Assembly: GCA_028286835.1 (NCBI GenBank)
Contig: JAQBQT010000027.1
Span: 14,442 to 78,441 of the forward strand
Direction of reading: 5' to 3'
From: Candidatus Parcubacteria bacterium
GTDB taxonomy: Bacteria > Patescibacteriota > Minisyncoccia > Phycocordibacterales > PALSA-1337
Length of the DNA stretch: 64,000 bases
Of the stretch, positions 8,650-17,651 are shown piece by piece. The first letter of the stretch is position 1; every line of letters begins with the position of its first letter. The notes beneath the pieces are model-generated. The model made no database searches, was not told the origin of the DNA, and saw only the letters and a program-made list of their open reading frames with translations. A program made the translations under genes and the position numbers.

Positions 8650-9534
8650 TTATTTCGCCTGCTGGACCACCGCCTGTGCCTCGGTCAGGATGCGCTCGAC
8701 TCCTTCCTCCTTTATGCCCACTTCGTGCAGCATCGAAGGCTTGCCGATGAGGTCTATGCAGGTCATGATGCCGCGTCCTATGATGTCGCGCTTCTCCTGA
8801 TGCGTGAGCGTAGTGAGAACCGTTATCGGATGGAGCCCGTTCCGTTCGATTATCTCATGGAGGTTGTCATGTTCCGGATAGTTCCAGGATATGAGGCGTA
8901 TGTTGTTGCAGGTCGCATACTTCACGGCCATGTCGGTGAACTTGGTGTTCGTGATGAGGTAGTGGCCTTCGGTCGAGATCTTTCGCTCCTTTTTTCCGTA
9001 ATCAAAGACAGTCTCGGCTATATCGTCAAAGCGTGCCTTCACATAGAGCGCTACTTTGAGATCTGACTTGAGGCCGAGAACGTTGTGGAACTTTGCTTCG
9101 GCCATGATGAGCTCGTCTCCCTTCCAGGCGACGACATCGATCTCGTGCGGCACACATACGCCCTGCACGATCTGGTCGGTGACGGCTTCATAGCCCCAGA
9201 GCTCGAATATGCGTGCGACAAATTTCTCGAACGGAAAGCCGTCAGGGCCGAGGTCGAAGAGCGCACGACGGATGGAGTATTTGACCGCAGTCGGCCGGTG
9301 ATATTTTCTGAGGAGCGAGAAGGCTTTGCTATAGATGTCGGTCGTGGACATGCCGTTCTCTAGCCCGTTCTCTATCTCGTCGGTGATGTCATCCACCACT
9401 TCCGGCGAGGTGCCGGCTCGCTTCAGGGAATTCTCCAGCTTCGCCTGATCGAATAACTCGGTGCTGCCGTCTGATTTGATGATGGAAACTGGGGTGCTCA
9501 TAGGGCAATTATAGGTATAAAGAGGCCAAAACAC
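8650..9534 (-). CDS. ATP-cone domain fused to an Mrr-like PD-(D/E)xK restriction-endonuclease domain
   Basis: The N-terminal region (VSIIKSDGSTELFDQAKLENSLKRAG...) resembles the ATP-cone of NrdR/RNR. The C-terminal region (FEKFVARIFELWGYEAV...HEIDVVAWKGDELIMAEAKFH) matches the Mrr_cat D...ExK core. The likely start is the internal Met at about 9501. Confidence 0.65.
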   Translation of the reverse strand: MFWPLYTYNCPMSTPVSIIKSDGSTELFDQAKLENSLKRAGTSPEVVDDITDEIENGLENGMSTTDIYSKAFSLLRKYHRPTAVKYSIRRALFDLGPDGFPFEKFVARIFELWGYEAVTDQIVQGVCVPHEIDVVAWKGDELIMAEAKFHNVLGLKSDLKVALYVKARFDDIAETVFDYGKKERKISTEGHYLITNTKFTDMAVKYATCNNIRLISWNYPEHDNLHEIIERNGLHPITVLTTLTHQEKRDIIGRGIMTCIDLIGKPSMLHEVGIKEEGVERILTEAQAVVQQAK

Positions 9535-9562
9535 AAAACAGCCGCCTGATGCGGCTCCTCTG

Positions 9563-10627
9563 CTACTCTACGATGCCTCCCCCCAGGCATCGTTCGCCGT
9601 CATAGGCCACGAATGATTGTCCCGGAGCGACCGCTTCGGGAGCATGCTCGAATTCAAGCTCGGCCGTATTCCCCTGCGCGGAGATCAGCCGGACATTTTC
9701 CAGCGGCTGTCGGTATCTGACCCTTCCCTGAAATACGTGGTTGATATGAGGCTCGCTGCCGATCCAATTCGTGCGCGAGAGCTTCACTCGTGCGCTTCCT
9801 GCCGACTCGGCAGCGATATCCTTCCTGTTCGAAACAGTGATGGTGTTCGCCTCGGCATCCTTGCCGATGACGTAGTAGGCCGCATCGTTCGGCGTCGTAT
9901 GCGCGACCGAAAAGCCCCGGCGCTCGCCGATGGTAAAAAGAAGCGCTCCAGGGTGCGTGCCTATCTCCTGCCCCGCTTCATTCAGAACCTTTCCGGGAAC
10001 GGCTGGGATGTAGTGCTGCAGGAATTCTTTCACGTCGATCTTGCCCATGAAGCAGAGGCCCTGGCTGTCTTTCTTCTCCGCATTCGGCAGGCCGAATTTC
10101 GCGGCGAGCTTGCGTACCTGGGGCTTAATGAGATGCCCTACCGGAAAAAGCACGTGCTTAAGATCATCCGGCGTGAGGGTCCACAAGAAATACGATTGAT
10201 CCTTGTTCGCATCCGCGCCCATGAAGAGCTTGCCGTCCTTGGTCTGAGCATAATGTCCGGTGGCGATATAGTCGGCTCCCTGTCCTTTCGCCCATTTCCA
10301 GAATGCACCGAATTTTATCTCGCGGTTGCACATGACGTCCGGGTTCGGCGTGCGGCCGGCGCGGTACTCGGCGATCATATAATCTATGACGCCCTGCTTG
10401 TATTCTTTTTCGAGATCGAGAGTCACGAATGGGATGTCGAGATGGGCGGCGGCGCGCATGGCATCGAGGCGCTCCTCGCGCCAATTGCATTCGATCCAGT
10501 CCGGCTGCCAGACTTTGATGAATACTCCAGTGACATCGTAGCCGGCTTTTTTGAGCAGGGCTGCAGAGACAGAGCTGTCGACTCCGCCTGACATCCCTAC
10601 AAATGCTTTTTTGCCTGAATGATTCAT
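9563..10627 (-). CDS. mnmA: tRNA-specific 2-thiouridylase MnmA
   Basis: The PP-loop SGGVDSS is present in AFVGMSGGVDSSVSAALL, and the 354-aa product has the MnmA pattern throughout. Confidence 0.9.
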   Translation of the reverse strand: MNHSGKKAFVGMSGGVDSSVSAALLKKAGYDVTGVFIKVWQPDWIECNWREERLDAMRAAAHLDIPFVTLDLEKEYKQGVIDYMIAEYRAGRTPNPDVMCNREIKFGAFWKWAKGQGADYIATGHYAQTKDGKLFMGADANKDQSYFLWTLTPDDLKHVLFPVGHLIKPQVRKLAAKFGLPNAEKKDSQGLCFMGKIDVKEFLQHYIPAVPGKVLNEAGQEIGTHPGALLFTIGERRGFSVAHTTPNDAAYYVIGKDAEANTITVSNRKDIAAESAGSARVKLSRTNWIGSEPHINHVFQGRVRYRQPLENVRLISAQGNTAELEFEHAPEAVAPGQSFVAYDGERCLGGGIVE

Positions 10628-10658
10628 GAATTCCCTGAACTCTGACGCACTTCCCGGA

Positions 10659-11615
10659 CTATTTCAAGTACTTCATGTTTGCCACGTGTCCGTCGAGATC
10701 AGCGGCAAAATGCGTGCGGCCGTCTGTGCCCGACAGAAAAAACCAATACGGAGTGATTGTGGGGTTTATGGTATCGACGATGGCATCGAGGCCGGGATTG
10801 TCGATGGGGCCCGGCGGCAGTCCGAGATGCTTGTAGAGGTTGTATGGCGAGCTCGTAGCTAGATCGCGCACCGTGAGCTGAGCCGACGTCTTGCCAAGGA
10901 TATAGAAGAAAGGCGCGTCCACTTGGAGGGCCATGCCGTTCGCCATGCGCTTCCAGAGTATGCCTGCGATGATGCGGCGATCCTTGCTCGATGTCGCCTC
11001 TTCTTCCACAAGCGACGCCATGGTCAGGACGCTTTTGAATGTTATGCCTGAATTGCCAGCAAGCTCCTTCGGCACGCTGATGTTCTTTGTCCGGTTATCG
11101 AAATTCGTGCGCATCGCCGCTATGGCGTCCTCGGGCGTCGTATTCTTGTCGAAGAAATACGTATCCGGGAAGAGATATCCTTCGAGCGGTCGCGCGAGCT
11201 TCAGGAATGCCTTGTCATCGAAAGTAGGAATGTCTTTCTTGATGGCACGGGCGACATCGGGAGAAGCTAGGCCTTCAGGGATGGTGACCTTGATCTGCGG
11301 CACTCCCTTGAGCCCCTTGGCAAGCCTGTATGCGATGCGCAGAACGGATTCCGATTCGCCGAAGAAATAATTGCCGGTCTGGACCCCTCCCGCCTTTCCC
11401 AGGATATTCACATATGCCTTGAACAGGATCGTGGACTTGATCATCCCGTTATCGAAAAGCTTCTGGGCGGTATCGGTGATCGAAGTCCCTTCCTTGACCG
11501 AGAGCGTGACGCCCTGCGGGAATTCGCTCGGCGCCGCAGAGCCGACCGCGACGATGCCGATCCCGATGAGGATCAATGCGAACAATCCCCCTGCCCCGAT
11601 GATGAGTTTCTTCAT
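10659..11615 (-). CDS. mltG: endolytic murein transglycosylase MltG (YceG family)
   Basis: The product has an N-terminal transmembrane helix and the YceG signature region YNLYKHLGLPPGPIDNPGLDAI. Confidence 0.85.
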   Translation of the reverse strand: MKKLIIGAGGLFALILIGIGIVAVGSAAPSEFPQGVTLSVKEGTSITDTAQKLFDNGMIKSTILFKAYVNILGKAGGVQTGNYFFGESESVLRIAYRLAKGLKGVPQIKVTIPEGLASPDVARAIKKDIPTFDDKAFLKLARPLEGYLFPDTYFFDKNTTPEDAIAAMRTNFDNRTKNISVPKELAGNSGITFKSVLTMASLVEEEATSSKDRRIIAGILWKRMANGMALQVDAPFFYILGKTSAQLTVRDLATSSPYNLYKHLGLPPGPIDNPGLDAIVDTINPTITPYWFFLSGTDGRTHFAADLDGHVANMKYLK

Positions 11616-11630
11616 GCGTACTGTGTATTC

Positions 11631-12953
11631 TTATACGGGAAGATTGCCCGGAGCGGTGCCTTTCTTGGAAGGAACGCGGTCGAGGCTCGGAGTCGCGGCA
11701 ACTGAGCCCGGGAAGTGGTAGATAGTGGCGAGCTCTTCCGTATTCATGACCATAGTCTTGGATTTATACGGCGGATAGAAGGCTGAGCGGCGGCGATATG
11801 CCATGAGGACGCGCTTGGAATAATAATTGCGCTTCGTGTCCTTGTAATCCTCCCACGGATAATCAAGCTGGCCTGGGATCTGTTTGCCGCCTGGCTTGAA
11901 TCCATTCAGGTGCTCGGCATTGAATTGCTTCATGCTCGAAATGCAGCCGCCGATGCCGAACGGAGTGTCGAACGATGAGCGCTTGGCGATATAGAGGGCC
12001 CGGACGCACACGTCGAACGGCAGCTTGGTGAGCTTGCGCTCGATGGCCGTAACGATATCCTGTTCGCCGCCGGAAATGAGCGGACGCTTGGTGACGATCT
12101 TGGTCGTGCCGTCAGGATTCGTCTGAACCTCTTCAGTTCCTTGGAACTTGGACTTCGGGTCACGCATGAGGAGCTTGTCTATCTCCTTGGCCGTCTCCTC
12201 TCTGTAGAGGTCCGCCTTCGTCCAGAATGTTCCCGGCTTCTTCTGGTCCTTCTTGTGGGCGCGCACGACGAACTGGAACCATGCCTGCTCGTTCGGGCGC
12301 AGGCTGCCGAGCCACTCGATGAGATGGGTCAGAGGGTCGATCTTGAATTCTTCCTTGGGGTCCTTGTCGAGGCCATAGTCGACATAAGTCTTTATGGGAT
12401 AAGGGTTGGCTTTCGTGAATGCGAATTCAGATGCCCATATCTTCCAGACTTTCGGATCGAACTGCACTGACTTTGCATAGTCTTCCTGTTCCGAGATCTC
12501 GATGCCCGGGTACTGCGAATACAGCGCCGACATGAGATTGTTCTTGCGGCGGTCTTCGGTCCAGATCATGAATTTGACCTCGCCTTCGACGGACATGATC
12601 TCAAGCGAATACCATGGGCGGGTCTCGCCTTTCCAAAGCTGGGCGAATTCGCTTCCGTCTGACGTATTATGGAGGGCATGAAGAACAGTCTCCATTGCCA
12701 GGGGTGATTTGAAAGTGTCCTTGGGCAGTTTGAGCTCAAGCAGCGTGTATTTGATGCTATTGAAATTCTTCAGGCGCACATATCGCATCCATACGTTGCA
12801 GAATATGGCCGTAAGGCCGACCGCCATGAGTATTGGCGACACCGGGATGAAATAATGGAGGATGACGGGCAGGAGCGACGAGTTGAAAGCGCTACTCAGG
12901 AAGTTAGAAAGTTCCGCATAGGTCATGGGGAGAAGTATAGCAAAATAGAACAA
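11631..12953 (-). CDS. hypothetical membrane protein
   Basis: The 440-aa ORF has two N-terminal transmembrane helices and a large soluble domain. No Walker motifs were seen. It lies upstream of the sigma-70 region-4/HARE-HTH gene on the same strand. Confidence 0.55.
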   Translation of the reverse strand: MFYFAILLPMTYAELSNFLSSAFNSSLLPVILHYFIPVSPILMAVGLTAIFCNVWMRYVRLKNFNSIKYTLLELKLPKDTFKSPLAMETVLHALHNTSDGSEFAQLWKGETRPWYSLEIMSVEGEVKFMIWTEDRRKNNLMSALYSQYPGIEISEQEDYAKSVQFDPKVWKIWASEFAFTKANPYPIKTYVDYGLDKDPKEEFKIDPLTHLIEWLGSLRPNEQAWFQFVVRAHKKDQKKPGTFWTKADLYREETAKEIDKLLMRDPKSKFQGTEEVQTNPDGTTKIVTKRPLISGGEQDIVTAIERKLTKLPFDVCVRALYIAKRSSFDTPFGIGGCISSMKQFNAEHLNGFKPGGKQIPGQLDYPWEDYKDTKRNYYSKRVLMAYRRRSAFYPPYKSKTMVMNTEELATIYHFPGSVAATPSLDRVPSKKGTAPGNLPV

Positions 12954-13092
12954 AGAGCGATATCAGGTTTCGCGACCGGCATCGCCATCTGCTGATGGCG
13001 TGCCTACTTCTCGGCTCTCTTCGAGCCTCCGAAAGTTCGCTCTACCCGATATCGCTCTTCATCCTATCTGACTATGCACCTCTTCCCCATGC

Positions 13093-14130
13093 TTAACCGA
13101 GTACCGAGTACTTGCTGTCCTTGTCGCGCTTGAAATACTTCGGATTCTGGAGGTTGACTGCGATGGTGTTCTCCTTGACGTAGCGCTCCTTCATGACCTT
13201 GGCGACTATCTCGTCCTTGGTGAGAGGCCCGCTCTTCTCGAGGATGTGCTTGATGACATCGCGGACGATGCCCGGAGAGTAGCCCCATTCTGCGAGAGCG
13301 TAGAGGCCGCGTCCGACGAGGACGAAGCGCTTATCCTTGATGAGCTCGTTGTGGGTCGTCGCTACATGGGCCTTCTTGTTGAAAAGCTTTTCGATCTGAG
13401 CGGCGACGTCGCGAAAGTGGATCGGCGATCCGTGCTTCCTGATGACGAGGAATGCGTAGTCGCGGACGCCCTTGGTGTGGATGTTCGATGAATTTGTCGC
13501 ACCCCATTCGCCGAGGGCGTTGCGTCCGATCTTCTTGGATATTGAAAGCCAGCGGCGCATGATCTCCTGGTTCTTATAGCGCTCTGAGACTTCCTCGAGG
13601 TGCTGGAGGAGGCGGTTGACCATCTCTGATTCAGGAAGAAGGTCCTCGCTTGAGAGATTTCCGTAGAGCTTCTGGAGGGCATCCTCGACTTTCTTGGCGA
13701 GGGCCTCATTCACGTGCCAGCGATGGCGGAAGTCGTCATCCTCGCGGCGCTTTTTGAAAGGCTCGCCGACCGACAACAGGAAATGGATATGATTCTGGAG
13801 GCCATGCTCCTTGGAGATGTGGCCGAGGAAGTCCTCTTCGACGACGACGCCTCCGAGGGAGTGGAGGAGGGTCTCGATCTCCGCGAAAGCTGCGCGCTCC
13901 TGCTTGAATTCGTCGGACTTGCGGATGACGCCGAGAGCGTAGTTCTCGATCTGGCGGACGCGCTCGCGAGTGATGCCGTATTTCTTGCCGATGGCGTCGA
14001 GGGTCATACGCTTCTCCTCCTTTCCGAGGCCGTAACGGAACACGATGATCTCGCGGGCGCGATCGGGCAATGAGGCCAAAAGGCGCTTCACGACCTGCTT
14101 TGGTTTGAACGATACGGGTGAGGTGGGCAT
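13093..14130 (-). CDS. sigma-70 region-4-like HTH protein with a C-terminal HARE-HTH domain
   Basis: The N-terminal region (LPDRAREIIVFRYGL...MTLDAIGKKYGITRERVRQIENYAL) matches the sigma-70 region 4 helix-turn-helix. The C-terminal region (RFVLVGRGLYALAEWGY) matches the HARE-HTH domain seen in the RNA polymerase delta subunit. No region 2 is present. Confidence 0.6.
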   Translation of the reverse strand: MPTSPVSFKPKQVVKRLLASLPDRAREIIVFRYGLGKEEKRMTLDAIGKKYGITRERVRQIENYALGVIRKSDEFKQERAAFAEIETLLHSLGGVVVEEDFLGHISKEHGLQNHIHFLLSVGEPFKKRREDDDFRHRWHVNEALAKKVEDALQKLYGNLSSEDLLPESEMVNRLLQHLEEVSERYKNQEIMRRWLSISKKIGRNALGEWGATNSSNIHTKGVRDYAFLVIRKHGSPIHFRDVAAQIEKLFNKKAHVATTHNELIKDKRFVLVGRGLYALAEWGYSPGIVRDVIKHILEKSGPLTKDEIVAKVMKERYVKENTIAVNLQNPKYFKRDKDSKYSVLG

Positions 14131-14187
14131 GGATATGGTTAAATGATGTAATAATACCTTACCATTTAGTTTGCTGAATTGTCAACA

Positions 14188-17100
14188 TTATGCCGTTACT
14201 ATGTTGACGAGCTTCCCGGGCACCGCTATGACTCTCTGAATTACCTTGTCCTTGAGCCATTTTTCGGCCTCCGGAGCCGATTTTGCCGCCTTTTCGAGCT
14301 CCTCCTTCCCCGCCCCGGAAGGGGCAATAAACGACCCCCTGGTCTTGCCGTTTATCTGCAGAATGATGGTGGCTGTAGCCTCGACTAGAAGCGCGGGATC
14401 GAAGATCGGCCACTCCGAAACGTGAACGGATTTCTTGTTGCCGATATCAGTCCAAAGCTCTTCGGTCACGTGCGGCGCGAAGGGTGCGAGGAGCTTCAGA
14501 TACGTCTCTAGAGTATGGCGGTCCAGGCTCTCGCTCTTTTCGAGCTCGTTGAGCGCGATCATCAGCGTGCTGATGGCGGTATTGAAACGCAGGGACTGAA
14601 TGTCATCCGTGACCTTCTTTATGGCCTTGTGAAGGATGCGGTCATTCTCTGCCGAACTCTTCCCCGCGCCGACCCTCTCAGCTAGTTTCCAAACCCGCTC
14701 GATGAAGCGTCTCGATCCCACCATGCTCTGGGTGCTCCAGGCGATGGCCTGATCGAACGGGCCCATGAACATCTCATATATGCGCAGCGTGTCGGCGCCG
14801 AATTGCTTCACAATGTCGTCCGGATTGACCACATTGCCGAAACGCTTGGACATCTTCCTGCCGTCTTCGGCCATGATGAGCCCGACCGACTGCAATTTCT
14901 TGAATGGTTCGATGCCTGATACCGCTCCGATGTCATACAGGAATTTATGCCAGAAGCGTGCGTAGATGAGGTGGCGTGTGGCATGCTCCGCTCCGCCCAC
15001 GTAAAGGTCGACTGGCGACCAATATTTCTCTTTTGCCGGATCGACGAAGGCCTTCTTGTTATCCGGGTCCATGAATCGCAGGTAATACCAGGAAGATCCC
15101 GCCCACTGCGGCATGGTGTTCGTTTCGCGTTTGGCTTTTCCTTTGCACTGTGGGCACTTCACATTGACCCAGGAATCGATGGCCGCGAGCGGCGACTCGC
15201 CTGTTCCGGTCGGCTCATAGAATTTCACTTTCGGGAGCTTCACAGGCAGATCCTTTTCAGGCACTGCGACCACTCCGCATTCCGGGCAGTGGATGAGCGG
15301 TATCGGCTCGCCCCAATATCGCTGGCGCGAGAAGACCCAGTCGCGGAGCTTGTACTTCACGACTTTCTTCCCGTATTTCTGGACCATCTCCTCCTTGTCT
15401 TCAAGCTTTGTGTCGATAATGGGCAGGTTGTAGACCTTGGCAAACTGGGCATCGCGCTCGTCATGCGAAGGCACTGCCATGACTGCTCCAGTGGCGTAAT
15501 CCGCCAGCACATAGTCCGCTATCCATACAGGAACCTTCTCTCCATTGGCGGGATTGATGGCGCAAAGGCCCTTGAGCTCGACGCCGGTTTTTTCTTTTGT
15601 GCCATCAGTGCGTTCTATGTCGGTCTTTGATTTGGCCCGATCGATGTACGCCTCAACTTCTGCCCTATTGTCTATAAGATCGAGGAATTCCTTCACCCAA
15701 AAATGCTCGGGGGCAAGAACGAGATATGTCACGCCGAAGATGGTGTCCGGACGGGTGGTGAAGACTGCGGCCTTCGGAGTGCAGCATTCGAGGATGGATG
15801 GTTCTTGGGCGCCAGTGAAGTGTTTCTCTACTGCGTCGACTTCGATAACGCCTGCTGATAGCTTCGTACCAAGGTATTTTATGTATTCTGAACGATGAAT
15901 CTCTTTGGTATCAGAGAGGAGTGCGATCCTGCCGCTTGTGAGCTTTTTGATCTGCTCAAAGTCATAGTTCCATGAGAAGTTTGAATGATACGGTCGCTCC
16001 TTTGACTCCTTATTGAAATTCGGTTCGATCGCAGGCGCTACTAAGACCAAGCCGGAGATCTGCTTATTTGATTTCATCAGCGCCTTTAGGGCAGAAACGC
16101 AGCCGAGGCTATGCGCGATGATCACAGTGTTTTTGTCTAACGTGCAGTTCTTGAGGATGAAGTCGACTTGCTCGCTCTCTTTTGGATCATTCGGATTCGG
16201 CAAAGCCGGCGCCTGGACTTCATGACCCTTCTTCTCAAATTCCGTCTTGAGCCATGGGAAGAAATCATCAGCCGGACTTCCTTTGTATCCATGGATGAGC
16301 ACATAGCGTGACTTTTTCTTTGTCAGAGCGAGCTCGAAATCGATCTCAGCCCCTTCGCTCCTTCCGATCCAATTGCGCTGGGCTTCCTTGATCGATTCGG
16401 GCCATTCGAGGAGCGGCTTGATCTCCTGCTTCTTCGCGCCGGTATACAGATCCCAGAGGTACTTCATGTCCTCATGATTGAGGAACTTCTGAACTTCCGC
16501 AGGTGAAAGCCACATCGGATCCTGGAGGTCTTTCTCTTCCTGCGATATATCGGTGCGCTCCCCGTCCTTCAATTCAAAATATCCGCAGACATAATGGGCA
16601 TGACGATTGACTTGTTTGATCACCTGGTAGAAACGGGTGTCCACCTTTCCGACTTCCCTGACGAACCGGACGTTTTTGAAACCAGTCTCTTCTTGTATCT
16701 CGCGTACTCCTGCCGTTCCCATATCTTCGCCTTTCTCGATGCCGCCTATCACAAAGCCCTGCCAGTTGGTGGCTTTCCAGTTCACGCACAGGTATTTGTC
16801 TTCGGACCAATGCCTGATGATGCACACAGCCGCATCACGTTCGATGAACGGCTCGTTTTCATGCGCGGCGCCCTTGCCTTCTCTGGCCGTTACGACCGGT
16901 ATTCCGCCTGTCGCATCGAGGTCCTTGAGCAGCCTGTCAGCATAGTCAGTGATCTTCAGGACCCACTGCCTCATCGGCTTCTTTTCGACGAGCGTGCCGC
17001 AGCGCTCGCATCGGCCGTCCTCAACGTCCTCATTGGCGAGGACCGTCTTATCCGTCGGGCACCAGTTCACTGGCTCGAATGACTCGAAGGCTAAGCCCTT

Positions 17101-17580
17101 CTTGAACATCTGCAAAAAGATCCATTGGGTCCACTTATAGAACTTGGGGTCGGTCGTGTTGACCTCGCGGGACCAATCATAGTCGAAGCCCAAGAGCTCA
17201 AGCTGCTCTTTATAGTGCGCGACGTTCTTGGCGACGGAATCAGCTGGGTTGGTCTTGGTCTTGATGGCGTAGTTCTCGGCGGGCAGGCCGAATGCGTCGA
17301 AGCCCATGGGATGGAGCACATTCATGCCCTGCATGCGCTTCATGCGCGATACGACATCGGTCGCTATATAGCCTTTCGGATGGCCGACATGGAGACCCTC
17401 GCCCGACGGATATGGGAACATGTCGAGCACATAGAATTTGTCCTTGGCGTCCTTGGATTCGGTCGAGCGGTAGACCTTCGACGATGCCCATTTCTTCTGC
17501 CACTTCTTTTCTATCTTGGCCGGGTCATAGGCTTCCTTGGCGGCGCGGGCAGGCGTGGGTTTCTTCATGGCTTCAATCAT
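14188..17580 (-). CDS. leuS: leucyl-tRNA synthetase with two inserted enzymatic domains (NUDIX and serine hydrolase)
   Basis: The class I HIGH motif (HVGHPKGY) and the LeuRS editing-domain motif TTRPDT are present in the 1130-aa product. The additional ~190 aa at residues 225-392 carry a NUDIX box, and those at residues 418-603 carry an IHGY...HSLGC serine-hydrolase region; see the findings. Confidence 0.9.
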   Translation of the reverse strand: MIEAMKKPTPARAAKEAYDPAKIEKKWQKKWASSKVYRSTESKDAKDKFYVLDMFPYPSGEGLHVGHPKGYIATDVVSRMKRMQGMNVLHPMGFDAFGLPAENYAIKTKTNPADSVAKNVAHYKEQLELLGFDYDWSREVNTTDPKFYKWTQWIFLQMFKKGLAFESFEPVNWCPTDKTVLANEDVEDGRCERCGTLVEKKPMRQWVLKITDYADRLLKDLDATGGIPVVTAREGKGAAHENEPFIERDAAVCIIRHWSEDKYLCVNWKATNWQGFVIGGIEKGEDMGTAGVREIQEETGFKNVRFVREVGKVDTRFYQVIKQVNRHAHYVCGYFELKDGERTDISQEEKDLQDPMWLSPAEVQKFLNHEDMKYLWDLYTGAKKQEIKPLLEWPESIKEAQRNWIGRSEGAEIDFELALTKKKSRYVLIHGYKGSPADDFFPWLKTEFEKKGHEVQAPALPNPNDPKESEQVDFILKNCTLDKNTVIIAHSLGCVSALKALMKSNKQISGLVLVAPAIEPNFNKESKERPYHSNFSWNYDFEQIKKLTSGRIALLSDTKEIHRSEYIKYLGTKLSAGVIEVDAVEKHFTGAQEPSILECCTPKAAVFTTRPDTIFGVTYLVLAPEHFWVKEFLDLIDNRAEVEAYIDRAKSKTDIERTDGTKEKTGVELKGLCAINPANGEKVPVWIADYVLADYATGAVMAVPSHDERDAQFAKVYNLPIIDTKLEDKEEMVQKYGKKVVKYKLRDWVFSRQRYWGEPIPLIHCPECGVVAVPEKDLPVKLPKVKFYEPTGTGESPLAAIDSWVNVKCPQCKGKAKRETNTMPQWAGSSWYYLRFMDPDNKKAFVDPAKEKYWSPVDLYVGGAEHATRHLIYARFWHKFLYDIGAVSGIEPFKKLQSVGLIMAEDGRKMSKRFGNVVNPDDIVKQFGADTLRIYEMFMGPFDQAIAWSTQSMVGSRRFIERVWKLAERVGAGKSSAENDRILHKAIKKVTDDIQSLRFNTAISTLMIALNELEKSESLDRHTLETYLKLLAPFAPHVTEELWTDIGNKKSVHVSEWPIFDPALLVEATATIILQINGKTRGSFIAPSGAGKEELEKAAKSAPEAEKWLKDKVIQRVIAVPGKLVNIVTA

Positions 17581-17600
17581 AGCCTAAAGGCACCGAATAT

Positions 17601-17632
17601 TCAAAATAAAAAAGCACCTCGTCAAAGGTGCT
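17601..17632 (-). terminator. rho-independent terminator for the 17652-18782 gene
   Basis: On the minus strand there is a 7-bp stem AGCACCT/AGGTGCT with a 6-nt loop, followed by TTTTTATTTT. It insulates leuS from the upstream gene. Confidence 0.5.
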
Positions 17633-17651
17633 TCGTGTCTGTTGTAATCAA

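Noticed and set aside
9617-10591. A 324-aa plus-strand ORF.
   Set aside because: It is antisense to mnmA. It is Arg-rich and of low complexity.
14188-17580. An intein inside leuS as the explanation for the extra length.
   Set aside because: The inserted segments are recognisable NUDIX and serine-hydrolase domains. They lack intein splice-junction motifs: an N-terminal Cys/Ser, and a C-terminal His-Asn followed by Cys/Ser/Thr.
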